A stretch of DNA of 63,995 nucleotides, the filler included, from Stramenopiles sp. TOSAG23-2 (lineage: Eukaryota), in the NCBI GenBank assembly GCA_900128395.1. It is 6 parts of 6 records of this genome, joined end to end, with 100 filler letters (N's around TTAATTAATTAA, not from the genome) between each part and the next. Parts side by side here need not be neighbours in the genome. Positions count along the whole stretch, not along the records: positions 43,873 to 54,712 come from LT649985.1; positions 54,813 to 63,995 come from LT650118.1; 4 more parts are not named here. One strand, 5' to 3'. Shown here one piece after another: positions 45,593-58,186 of the stretch (position 1 is the stretch's first letter; the number at the start of each line of letters is the position of its first letter). Made by a program: the position numbers and the translations under genes. The notes below the pieces were generated by a model that was not told the origin of the DNA, did no database searches, and saw only the letters and a list, made by a program, of their open reading frames with translations.

Positions 45593-48500
45593 TGGAGACA
45601 AGTGATAATCGATCATCATCATTATCATCAAGAACAAATGGAACATCTATTTTACCAGATTTAAGGACAGTGAAAACTGGTTATTGTCGTGTTTTTCAAC
45701 AAATATTATTACGTTTGGTATATATATTATTGTTTCTTGAGATGTATTCAAGAATAGCACCATCCATTAATCGTGAAATGGAAACTGCAGAGGAAATTGC
45801 AAAAGGCAATATGGCTAATATACAAGGGAAAACATTTGTTGTTACTGGTGGAACTGCTGGTATTGGAAAAGAAACATCACGTGTTCTTGCCTTATATGGT
45901 GGAAATGTAATTATAGCTAGTCATAATGAAAAACGTGGACAAAAAGCAATAAATGAAATAAATAGTCAAAAACAAATACGTGGTCATGCCAAATTTGAAA
46001 AATTAGATTTATCATCATTTGCATCCGTAAATCAATTTATTGATCGATTGGAAAAAAATAATAATACAATTGTTGATGTTTGGATTTTAAATGCTGGGAA
46101 AATATCTCCAACATTTGAAAGAACAAATGATGGTTTAGAATCAACTATGCAAATTAATTTTCTAAGTCATCAATTATTGATCGATAAAGTATTGAAAAAA
46201 AGGCAAAAAAAACAAATGTTATCAACAACAACAACTACTACTGCTGCTGCTACTACTACCATTGTGGCATTATCTAGTTACGGTCCAGCTAGATATGCTA
46301 ATTTAGGAACAATCAAAAATGGAGGAATGGAACATGTATTACATGAAAACGATTATCCATTTATATTACCTGGTACATATGGTATTGCAAAGCAAGCATC
46401 TGTACGCTTTGCAAGGGAATTATATCGTCGTTTTGATCATGTTCGTACATTCTCACTTCATCCTGGTTTTGTCAGCACAAAATTAGGTACAACTCGTGGT
46501 AATAAACTAGAAGAAAATGGTGCTGCATTATGGTGGTGGTTTCTTAGTAAATTTATAAAAGTAAAAAACGTGCAAGAAGGTGCATCAACAACGGTTTTAT
46601 GTGCAACAGCAATGGATATAGATGGAACAGGTATGTTTTATGCTGATAATACCATCTCCAGTTTTCCTAAAGATGAAGACAATGATATGAATGTATTGAA
46701 AGAACGCAATTTACGAGATTCAAATGCATATGATGAAGGATTGCAAATTATTCAAAATTCTTTAAATGGTAAATATGATGACTATAACAACAACAACAAC
46801 AATAATAATAATAATAATAATAATATACAAAAAAACGATAAAAGAAAAAGACGTGATAGTAGTAGTAACAGTAATAGTACTATCTTCCTAAACAGGAATA
46901 ATCTTACAATAATCGTAGAATATTTCACTAATAATATTTGTTTATATGGTAGAAATATAATGATTATTGTAATTCTTCATATCATAGGACATCGTCTTTT
47001 GTTTCAAATAACAGAATATTTAGTTAAAACAAAATTGCCAATTAAAAGTAAAATATCACATCGTGAATTTAAAGAAATTATGATGTCACAAGAAAAAATG
47101 CGATCTATGTCTTCAGCAATTATAGATGGTATTTACTGTTATATTTTATTGCAACATGGTAAAATTGGCCCAGAAGGTTCGTATATCATGGGTATATTTA
47201 TCATCGTGTTTTGGGTTGATTTTCATTTTTACGTAACACATCGTTTTATGCATTGGTCGGAATTTTTATACAAACATGTTCATTATATACATCATCAATC
47301 GCATAATCCAAATGTTTGGAGTTCATTATCATTTCACCCAGTGGAGGCAATTATATTTTTCTCTGCATATTTAATTGTTTTAATTGTTCCAATGCCAAGT
47401 ATATTATTTTGGTCGTTTAAATTTGGTATGGTAATTGGGCCATTGCATGCGCATATTGGATATGATTTAGGACCCATTGTAAAAGGGCCTGCACATCATT
47501 ATTTACATCATGCCTTTAAAATGGGTAATTATGGCGGGTTCCCGACAGGAATATGGGATAAACTGTTTGATACAGAGTTAAATGACGATGGTAAACCTAA
47601 TAATAGTAGTAATAATAATATCAGTACTCCTATCGATGATCGTAGCTCATATCCTGTTCAAACATATTTTTTCTTTTTTCTCATTGTACAATTGTTGTTT
47701 GATTATGATGTCCCAATATGGATAGTTATTTTAAGTTTATTGATCACATGGATAGCTTTATTAGATGGTATGCTTGTTATTTTTCCATCAATGTCACAAC
47801 GTAAATGGAAAAAAAAGAAAGTATTTGTGATTGGTTTATCACGAACTGGAACAACATCGATTACGGAAGCTTTAAATAATATCGGTATTTGTACACATCA
47901 TTTTTGTGGTCCATTAGTAAAAATTGCAAATGATAATTATGAAATTGTAGATAAATATGTTGACAATTTCGATGGACATACTGATATTGCCCCAACAATA
48001 GTTGCTGAAACGTTAGCTCAAAAATATCCTGAAGCTGTTTTTATTTATACGACTCGCCCGCGTAATGAATGGGCACGTGCATTAGTTCGCTTTGTTACGG
48101 AAGAGCCACGGCGAACATTGTTTACAACTCATCCAACACCTAAAACATTTTATAGTGCTGCTTATGGAGATGGTTGGGTCAATTATGACGAAGAACAATG
48201 GGGTAAAATTCATGATGCGCATGAAAAACGAATGCAACGTTTAAAACGCCAAATTGGTAACAAACGATTTTTAAAAATTGATTTAACTTCACTTGGTAAA
48301 AAAGGTAAGGATGAAACAATGTGGAATGCCATAGGCGATTTTCTTCAAGTCGATGTTTCAAATGCACCTAAGAAATTTCCACATCGGTTTGTTTTTCAAT
48401 ATTCAGCTATCGATCAACCAAAGCGTCAAATGAAATATTTGTTACATCGTATTGTATCGCGTAAATGGGTATTGTTATTACTTTGGATCTTTGTTTATGT

Positions 48501-49278
48501 TGGTAGATTTTTTGACTCTGGGCAATGTACACGAGCATGTCGAGTCTGGAATGGAAATAATCCATTAGCTCCATTATTGGCTGGTACAACTGGGAATTGG
48601 TTTGAACCTGCCGATGTCTACGGTTTGCGTATTGGATATGATACATGTAAATGTTATGGTAATAATGAACATATTCAACGTGATGTTATTCCACGCCTTC
48701 ATCTTGAAGTCGCTACAAAGGATCAATGGTGGTTTAAAGCGGATACAACTGCTGTTTGTAGCTCAAACGGTCAAGAATATGACAATGCGTTAGATGTTCC
48801 TACGTCAGATACGGTAACAAATTGTGGAAAATGTGGCAAGTGTAGTAGTGTAAATGATGTCGATGCTATGCATACTCGTGCAGAAACATTAACTAAACGA
48901 GCATCTGTAGGTGCATTATTATATCTTTTTGCAGGGAAAGGAGCTCATAATCTTTTCTTCCAATCATCGATAGTTGGCTTTAGTCCTGCTTGTGCAAAGT
49001 GTTGGTTACTTGCAACTCAATGTAACCTAGCAAGCTGTGCAGAGTATTGTCTTTTTGGTTGGGAAAATCCATTATCAACTGAAAGTGCTACTAGCGAAGG
49101 TAAATTAAATTCATGTATGCATTGTGATGAAGTAAAATGTTCAGGGTATTATTTGCAATCATGTGGTGCAAATCGACGTGCAGCAGGTGTTGTGACAGAT
49201 ATCCAAAGAGATGAAGGTATGGAAATATGTATAGAAGCTAAGAACGGTGCAAAGAAACGTCAAACGACGTCAAATTAG
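44274..49278 (+). CDS. ~1634-aa membrane multienzyme, join(44274..44653,44754..49278): SDR, SDR (RDH/WWOX-like), fatty-acid hydroxylase/sterol desaturase, sulfotransferase-like P-loop domain, Cys-rich domain
   Basis: SDR1 TGSASGMS / NIAG / YAASK. SDR2 TGGTAGIG / NAG / YGIAK / SLHPG. His boxes HRFMH, HYIHH, HAH, HHYLHH. VIGLSRTGTTS. C-terminal CGKCGKCS...CMHCDE..CGANRR. Confidence 0.85.
44654..44753 (+). other. Spliceosomal GT-AG intron (100 nt)
   Basis: GG|GTACGT...CTAG|T; splicing restores KLISQG-HYVCATDIMFD, completing the SDR Rossmann fold in frame with ORF 44779. Confidence 0.85.
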
Positions 49279-50121
49279 TGTACGATTCAAGGACACGCGG
49301 TAACAGGAAACATGAAAAGGATGTGTGAGGAGATAATATGAAGGAATGAGGAATAAAAAATTAAACCACACTAGAATGAAACGTGAAACGAGGAGGTATT
49401 TTTAAAAATAAATTCGTATATTCGTATGCATAATAATATATCATATATAAATTTTGGTTAAAATCTAAGTTATAATAATTTTACACTTCTCATATAAATT
49501 ATAAATATTTTTCATTTTTAAATAATAATACTCGAATAATATTTTTATGAATATTGTGCATATGATATTTAAATAATTATTATAAAAATATGATATAATC
49601 AATTATACGAGTATGATATACTCGTAAAAAACACACACACATTTTTTAAAAAAATAATAATCTCCTCTATAGAGATCTTCTCTTGCTCTCTGATATCTGA
49701 TATCTGTGTGATATAATATTTTAAAAAGTTTTTACGAGAACACTTCGCGTATATTTTTTTACGAAATTCGTAAATTCGTTTTTATTACATCAATTCAACA
49801 AATGAAAATGAACAGGGATCACAAAGATCAATTTTAGAGTTCTCGGCCATGTCTTTTTTACGTTCTTATAAAACATATATATTTGATAAATATTGTACAC
49901 TCGGTTTTTAAGTCTTCTTCTTTTTTTTTTCTTTTCTTATTCTTATTCTTTACACAAATGTTGCTTCACCCTTTGAAACCATTTTCATTCACATGTATGC
50001 ATATAATGGTTAAAAAATGTATGCATATATATATTTATACTTTCATATTATTATTATTATATATATATGTATGTATGTATAAATGTGTGTGTGTGTGTGT
50101 GCGTGTGCCACACATAATAAT

Positions 50122-52832
50122 TTACAAAATTCCACTGTCCATTCCCCGTTTTATCCTAGCCGCTTTCACACCAACACGATTGATACGGAATGCATCTTTA
50201 TAATCTTTTTTACTAATTGGCGCATTTGTTGGTGGCCTTGGCTCTGATTCTGGATGCACCAAGTTATGAAGTAACTCGTAGCACATCAGTGTAACTGCAA
50301 ACTGTGGAGAAGAACGAAATACACGTGCTGCTGCACCTTTGAAAAACGCAGTTGGGCCTTCATTTTTCATAATATCAACTGCCGCTTCAGGAATTGTATT
50401 ATACGGCTTTTTGCCACCGCTACCAGTAACCTGCATCCTAGTTTTAATCACATCGGCAGGTGTGGTTAAACTAGCGGCTGGTGCTCCAGCCATTGCACCG
50501 GCAGTTAACAAGTCTAAAGGAGAAGCTTTGTCTTTGTCCCCAGTACACCATTCTTTTGCACTTGCATACGCAGGGAAATAAATAGCACTAAATGGAACGT
50601 CGCGTAACAAACACGCAGATGCACCCTTGTATAGTCCGAAAAATCCCAATTCTTTCACAATGGTAACTGCACCTTTTGGCGTAGCACCTTCTAAGCGAAC
50701 TTGCTCCCCAATAGTTTGCAAACGGATCTTTACGATTTCCAATGGATTTGTAAACATCACTTGAGATGCACCAGCAGAGCCACCGGCAATAATTTCTAAT
50801 GGAAGGGCAACTTGTTTATTTCCTTCTATATCTTCTTCCCCAAACCAACCACGAAGTAAATCATTGACGGATAATTTAATAGCTTTCTCCGGGGCAACTC
50901 CAACTAATTGAGGTAATAAACCACGATATAAGCCAATCGCACCTTCGTGTCTTATAACTTTAAGCGCACAATCGAAAGTATTTTTATATAGCGGCTCAAC
51001 CCCTTCCACAAAACGCTGGTTCTGCATTCTAGTTTTAGATAAATCAATAGGGTAGACAAAGGCTGCGCCAATACCACCAGCAATTGCGCCAAAGAAAAAA
51101 TGTTCTGCAAAATCCATAACCCCGTCAGCAAATGACTTGCTTTCCTTCTCCTCTCCATTTGCAGCGTTGTTATTACCTTTGTCGTTGTTTTGCATTGCCA
51201 TTTCCTGCCTACGTTTTTGCGCTTCCGGGTTTAAAATATCTTTCATTTGACCAGGGTTAATATCTTTCATTGTCCCCCGGAACGGATAATTTGTTACTAA
51301 ATCAGATGGGCCGACAAAACCATCACTGCTAGTATTGATAACATCCCATAAAATATCACATTGTAATGGAGTTATCATATCTATTATGCGAACTTGTGGA
51401 TTGTTATTATTGTTCATTTGTTGCAACGTTTCAACAATTGGCGCTCTCATAAATTCACTTTTTGTTATACGCCTTTGCTTTCCGTTCACTTCACGCTCAA
51501 TAATAGCTTCAAATAATTGCAATTGCTGTAACACTTTACTAAAAGCAGTGAAATACGCATAATCAATCCTATCATCCCTATAGGATGCTAACAATTGTGT
51601 TAAATTTTTCTGCATAAATGGCTTCACAGTAACAGGTGCAATTAAACGGACTAATGGAATTGCTTGATCGAATGTAATGCAACCATCCCCATCAGCCATT
51701 TCATGAAAACGTTGTGCGGCTACTTCACCTTTAAACGTTTCATAAAATTCTAAAAATTGAGAATACCCTATTTTTCTCCTAGCACTACTATCAACGGCAC
51801 CACGTGGGCCGAAAAAACGATCAACTACGGCTACGTCGAAATTTGGTACAGGATTATTTTGTTGATTACTTGACATCGATTGTATTTCCAATTTTGTTTG
51901 ACCTGATAATTCTTCACCATTTTCCAACTCCAAAGTAGAATTACTTTTATCACCCATCAAACGATTTCCACGGGTTTTCAATGCCTCTTCAAAATGGCTA
52001 CGTCGAATCCAACCGGAACGATCAATATCAAACACTTTACATATGATCTCGTGTTCTGGTCTTGGCCGTACAAGAATATCATTAAATGATACAAATTCCG
52101 CAAAATCAATCGATCCACTTTGATTCATATCTGCAATTTCAAACATAGCACGTAAAGCTTCGATGCCATCCGGTGTCACATCTTCCATATCAACATATGC
52201 AGCAATGAAATCTTCTTGCGACATGATTTTTTTCCCATCTTTATTTGTTGTAGATGCATGTTTAGTAAATATATTTTGCAATGATTTTGTATATTTGCTT
52301 GTTTCCATAAAATCATCTTTTTTCAAACGCCATACTTTCGTTGGTTTTGTAGCAATAACAGTCGCTGCGCGTGGCCTATCGTATTGCAAGGATTGCTCAC
52401 CAAATATACGACCTTGTACCGTGTTGATACTATTTCCACTTGCACGTAATGTAGCAATACGTATGTCTTGATTTCCATATTTTTTCGCCCAAAACTCCAC
52501 TTTGCCAGTATCCAATACGTATAAATATTCACCTCTCGTGCCATTGACTACGATGGTATCACCAGTTTTATATTCTACAAGCTCGAAATTATTCAAAACA
52601 TTTTTTAAACGTTCTTTGTCTTTCATTACTGGTCGAAATGCTGTTGTTGATCCTATATAACTACGTAACCTTGCTAAATCTTTTGGACTTGCTTTTGCAG
52701 TCACAACTGTTGGCTTTGATTCTTTTTTCACAGATGGCAATGTTGTAACAGGTGGTGCAGCACCAGATAAATATTGACGTGGTACCATAACTGATTCATT
52801 TTCATATTCTTCCTTTGTTTTACTATCACCTA

Positions 52833-52865
<33 letters not shown>

Positions 52866-52881
52866 TTTTCGTTTCTTCCAT
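50122..52881 (-). CDS. Ca2+-binding mitochondrial aspartate/glutamate carrier (aralar/citrin-like) with an extra N-terminal cyclic-nucleotide-binding domain
   Basis: cNMP cassette IFGEQSLQYDRPRAATVIA; EF-hands DMNQSGSIDFAEF and DIDRSGWI; carrier signatures PIDLSKTRMQ, PLEIVKIRLQ, PADVIKTRMQ; AGC-typical GVAPEKAIKL, LLRDVPFSAIYFP, RSSPQF. Confidence 0.9.
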
Positions 52882-52920
52882 GGTTTCCAATAGTAAACTA
52901 TAAATATTATTAATAGGATT

Positions 52921-52928
<8 letters not shown>

Positions 52929-52956
<28 letters not shown>

Positions 52957-52964
52957 TTTTAAGT

Positions 52965-53056
<92 letters not shown>
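52929..53056. repeat. (TA)n microsatellite, interrupted once
   Basis: Long TA dinucleotide runs just upstream of the carrier gene. Confidence 0.95.
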
Positions 53057-53059
<3 letters not shown>

Positions 53060-54712
53060 TTTATGTGGATATGTGGATATATCGATATAGATATGTATCC
53101 TTTTCTATTTGTTACTTGTTTTAAAAATGTTATAGCGAAATACAGAGCAAATAATCTTCTATTTATCTAATATTTTTTTTCCTAAAATCCTAAAATTAAA
53201 AAAACAAAATTTATAATACGGAAGAAGAAAAAACAAAAAAAATTATTTTTATATATTATATCAATGTGTATATATATATATAACTAATTAATATTGACGC
53301 ACAAAACAAAAACAAGCGTATTTAATGATCAAAACTAATAGAATGATATATATATATATATATATATACGTATATATATATATTAATATTGCTTTTCCAC
53401 AACAAAATTCACATGGATTTTTATGATATTTTAAGGAAGGTTGTGTTTGTAATATTGTATTTTAATGCTATCTAATGCTATATGGGGGGCATATTTATAA
53501 TACAAATCCTTAAAATAATAAACAATACATTTTTATCAATTAGCTAGAAGGCACAATCAAAAGAGGCAAATAGCACCAGCAAACAACAAACTCCAACATC
53601 ATTTTTTCTCGCTCTTGTTGGATTTATCCATTCAATTTGAACAAGTTTCACATTTCAAGCATATTTCGGATAACATTTGAACCGAGAGGGGAAAAAAAGT
53701 GACCCTTCTTTTGCTCATTTCAACATAAATATTAAATAAAAATACTCCAGCGGGGTATATATATCCAATTATAATTTAAATACACACGCTATAATCATAA
53801 ATAAAAATACTCCAGCTATAGCTACGCTCCGATTAAGCTAAGACTCGTGGTTTTCAGAGAGTAACAATATGGTTCTATTTTATAATTCTATGCACACTTT
53901 GTAAAAAAGCAATCAAACTTTCTTACTTTAAAACAAAAACAAATATATTTTCTTAGTTCTTACCTATAGTTTTTTGTACTCTTTCCACCGCGCCGCTCTT
54001 ACACTACCGATTTACATCCTATTTATAAAATCTGTGGCATGACTGTCAAAACACAATACCACTTTTGTACTTCGATTTATCTTGATTCTTCCTATCTGCT
54101 TCTTCACAGAGGTAACTATTTACTTGCTAAATCGATCAAAAATAGTTACAGTTAAGGTTTTCCACCTTTACATGATTCTATTTCTATGCTAAAAGCAAAA
54201 GGGCCATATCGCCGTCACTCAAATTTTCCTATAGGATATTGGATTGTTATAATACGTAAATAACATCGAACTATAAATACATCTTACGTAATTATCTTGA
54301 AACTAATATTTTGTTTATTTGTTGGGGATCGAAAAAAGGAAGAGTTGGTTGGACCGTGAATCCAGTAAAAAAAGAATAGTGATGGCCACGGCAAGAAAAA
54401 CAATTCACGCCCGACCACACGGCATCTGGGAAAAATCCACAACCGACCACGGTTTGACGGCGTTTTTGACGCCGTCACTATAACTGTTAACTATTGAAAA
54501 AATTATCAAGCCTATTTAGTGCTAATAGATGACACAATTATTAGGAACCTTAAAATTTCATGCCAATTTACATGATTTTTTTCATATTGTTTTTTTTGAT
54601 TTGAGTATACCATTCCTATATTTAAGTTATTATTTTTAATTTTGATAGTAAACAGTCTAAAATAGATTCCTGTTAAAAAATAAACCGTGTTAGTATGGAT
54701 TTTTATGTCAAT

Positions 54713-54812
54713 NNNNNNNNNNNNNNNNNNNNNNNNNNNNNNNNNNNNNNNNNNNNTTAATTAATTAANNNNNNNNNNNNNNNNNNNNNNNNNNNNNNNN
54801 NNNNNNNNNNNN
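54713..54812. other. Artificial contig linker
   Basis: N44-TTAATTAATTAA-N44. Confidence 0.98.
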
Positions 54813-55057
54813 TCTGATAAGTTTAGATTTAATTCTTCCACCATGGAATATATACCATTAGGTGATCGAAAATCTGGAATTCCTACAGAAACACTAATAC
54901 CTGCACCAATTAAACATACAATATTTTTCGCATTTTTTATTAATTCAATGTATTCTTTATTATTTTTTCTTCTCATTTTTGAATTATTATTATTACTATT
55001 ATCACTATTATTTACATCATGATCGATTAGTCGTTTACGTTTCTTTGTATCATTCAT
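54813..55057 (-). CDS. Class I sirtuin, 5' part (copy 1, truncated by the contig end)
   Basis: [15 protein letters not shown]; same sequence as the start of 58288..59292. Confidence 0.9.
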
Positions 55058-55342
55058 CTTAAATTATATAGTATTCTATAATATATGTTATTTTTTATTA
55101 ATCAATTACTGTTATGTATATATATGCTTACTCCTTTACTTTTTACATTATTATTATTCTATAATTTTATATTATTATAAGAAATGTGTGGTCTTATTGC
55201 TATTATTACTACAGGGAGAAGAAGAAAATAAATTAATTAATAATAATAATATAGTTATATATGTATTCAATATGTTTCATCATTCCGAAAATATATCGCC
55301 ATCATATATAATATATACAACAATGTATTCATCAGCATCATC

Positions 55343-57799
55343 ATGCATAAACGACGAGAAAAAAAACGAAATGATCGAGATGCAAACTTAGAAACTGCAT
55401 TGGAGCATTTGGATGGTATTTTCAACTCATCTGTAAAAAATATTAGTTTTAAATTGCCAAGTAATAGTAAGAATAAACCAATCAAATGGGAGTCACTACC
55501 AAAAGCTTTAGATCCTATGTCGCAATTAACAAAATTAACAAAGCAAGGTAGGGCACTACGAAAACGACAACAATTGCAGTCATTAATGAATGCTATAAAC
55601 TCTGTTCTAAAGCCTGGTGATCTTATATGCGATTATGGTAGTGGTCAAGGTCACCTTGGTTTATTAATTGCTTATCTCTATCCAACTTGTCGTATTATTA
55701 TATTAGACCATAATGAAGAAAAACTAAATATGGCTACTTTGCGAATTAATGAAATTGAAGAAGAAATTTTCAACAGATCTAATAATACTAATAACACCAA
55801 TGATAAAAATGCAAAGACAACCATTAAAAGTTTTAAAGAAAGAATCGAATTATGTAATGCAATGGATGATATTAAATATCGGCCAATTGATCTAGGTGTT
55901 GGACTTCATTGTTGTGGAAATTTCACTGATATTGCAATAAAACATTGTAAAGAAATTAAAGCAAATTTTTGTATCTCTCCATGTTGTTATGGGCAGGTAG
56001 ATTGTACTGGTGCTAATAATAATAATATAATTACAGATACAAATTCAATTTATTGGAAATCAGTCATACGAGGTGCTGATTTTAATATTGGTGATGCAAA
56101 TCTTTTTAATCCATTGGAAGATGAGAAATTTAAACAAACGAAAAAATGTATGAATTTTGTTGATATTGTATTACGTTCACAACATCTTGTTGGTGAAAAA
56201 CAATATGATTATCATATTACAGTTCAATCATTAATGCCATTATCATGCTCGCCAAAAAATAATGTTATAGTAGGAATTTTAAATTGTAAATTATACCCCG
56301 ATAAATATATATTTGATGATGATAAAAAATTATCATATATGTTTCCAAATGTAAAAACATTTGATGAAAAAAAAAATAATGTTTTAAAATCATTACTTGA
56401 TAATAAATTAATCGATGATAATTTCATTAATAATCAGCAACAGAATCATAATAATAATAACAACATGGTGTCATATCAAACACCAACACCATTATATCGA
56501 TTAAGATGTCGATTTGGATTTGGAAAAAATAAAGAATCAACCACAACACCTACTGATTTAGTACATTCGAAAGAATGTATTTGTGGATGCGCCCCATCAG
56601 GATTGCCTTTGTCTATGTTTGAAATGGCAAAATTACGCAAACAAAAAAGAGAAGAAGAACGAAAGAAGATTGCAGATTATCATAACAGACAACAAAATCA
56701 ACAAATAGATTTATTACAAATGTTTACAACGGGTACTACTCGGCAAAATAATAATAATAATAAACCAAAACCTTCGACTAAATTATCATTTTCTCATTAT
56801 GTTTTTACAAAGGATGGATCTAAATATTACATAAACGACTATCCTGTAGCTGCATGTGCAATAGATGTTTTAATGAAATTAGTTGTAAAAGAGATAGTAA
56901 ATTACCCAGCTATTTATAACAATATTGAAGCGGTTAATTATTTATCTTCATTACATGGTGATATGTTAGTAACATTTATTTATAGCAAACCAATTTCATC
57001 AGAAGAATGGAAAAAAGATGCATTGTATTTTCAACGTAAATTAAGTTTAAAATTGACAAATTTTAAGAATTCAAAATTTGTAGGTTTGATTGGACGGAGT
57101 AAAGGTAAATGCATTTTACTAGAAGATAACAGGAATTATGTGAATGAACAATTACATTTAAATGATGGAAGAATTTTACGATATAAACAATACGAAGGAT
57201 CATTTTCAAATCCAAATGGCCGTGTAAATGAAAAATGCCTTGATTGGTTATGCCAACGTGTCGATATTATCATCAATACTAATAGTATCGATGGAAAAAT
57301 CTGTTTATTGGAAATGTTTTGCGGTGGTGGCAACCATACAATTGCGTTGGCGGGAAAATTTGATAAAATTTATGCAGTAGAGTTGGATAATAATTTATGT
57401 AAAGCAGTTTTAGAAAATTGTAACCGAAATAATATTCATAATGTGAAAATTATTCAAGGTAAAAGTGAATATTTTTGGAATCATGACATGCATAATAATA
57501 ATAATAATAATAATAATGAAACCAATGATATAAATTATACAAATGTAATTGATTCGATTTATTTTAATACTATATTGGTAGATCCACCTCGAAAGGGCCT
57601 GGATGGAAATACATTAAATTCATGTAAATGTTTTAATAATATTTTGTACATTTCATGTAGTGCAACGAGTTTAGAAAGGGATTTAATCATATTAAAAGAA
57701 ACCCATGAGATTGTTGGAATTGCATTTTTTGATCATTTTCATCGTACAAATCATATTGAAACTGCTGTTCATATGAGGAAAATCGAAAAATCATTGTAG
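55343..57799 (+). CDS. Dual methyltransferase: GSTCD-like (Methyltransf_32) domain fused to a TrmA-type RNA m5U methyltransferase (copy 1)
   Basis: GSTCD-like RALRKRQQL, DYGSGQGHLG, LHCCG..TD, PCCYG, SCSPKNN. TrmA-like YRLRCRF, FSNPN, LEMFCGGGN, VDPPRKGL, YISC (catalytic Cys), HIE. Confidence 0.85.
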   Translation: MHKRREKKRNDRDANLETALEHLDGIFNSSVKNISFKLPSNSKNKPIKWESLPKALDPMSQLTKLTKQGRALRKRQQLQSLMNAINSVLKPGDLICDYGSGQGHLGLLIAYLYPTCRIIILDHNEEKLNMATLRINEIEEEIFNRSNNTNNTNDKNAKTTIKSFKERIELCNAMDDIKYRPIDLGVGLHCCGNFTDIAIKHCKEIKANFCISPCCYGQVDCTGANNNNIITDTNSIYWKSVIRGADFNIGDANLFNPLEDEKFKQTKKCMNFVDIVLRSQHLVGEKQYDYHITVQSLMPLSCSPKNNVIVGILNCKLYPDKYIFDDDKKLSYMFPNVKTFDEKKNNVLKSLLDNKLIDDNFINNQQQNHNNNNNMVSYQTPTPLYRLRCRFGFGKNKESTTTPTDLVHSKECICGCAPSGLPLSMFEMAKLRKQKREEERKKIADYHNRQQNQQIDLLQMFTTGTTRQNNNNNKPKPSTKLSFSHYVFTKDGSKYYINDYPVAACAIDVLMKLVVKEIVNYPAIYNNIEAVNYLSSLHGDMLVTFIYSKPISSEEWKKDALYFQRKLSLKLTNFKNSKFVGLIGRSKGKCILLEDNRNYVNEQLHLNDGRILRYKQYEGSFSNPNGRVNEKCLDWLCQRVDIIINTNSIDGKICLLEMFCGGGNHTIALAGKFDKIYAVELDNNLCKAVLENCNRNNIHNVKIIQGKSEYFWNHDMHNNNNNNNNETNDINYTNVIDSIYFNTILVDPPRKGLDGNTLNSCKCFNNILYISCSATSLERDLIILKETHEIVGIAFFDHFHRTNHIETAVHMRKIEKSL

Positions 57800-58186
57800 A
57801 GAGGTATATTAGAGAGGTACATGTAATAACTATATGAGATTACATTTCTGTATCATATATGCATATATATAGAGTACGAAGTATGCATATTATATATATA
57901 TATATACATATGAGTAAGAGAACATTTTATATATATGTGTGTTATTTCTAGATGATCTATGATATTCAAATGTTATGATACGACTCGTATGATATATGAG
58001 ATACTTTTGTCACACACATGTTCTTTTTTAAATATTTTAATACGTTTCGTACTCGTATCATATGATATGTTTTAAACAGCTATGGTTATTTACATCTAGT
58101 AGAGATATCTTTTATACTCGTATTTTTTTTCAAAAAAATTTGTTTTTATACACTCTGACACACTCTAACTTCTCGCAGCCGAGACT

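Noticed and set aside
10911-54812. Regularly spaced TTAATTAATTAA palindromes about every 10.9 kb
   Set aside because: Artificial linkers inside N runs. Contig lengths fall monotonically (10862, 10854, 10846, 10840), which shows size-sorted concatenation.
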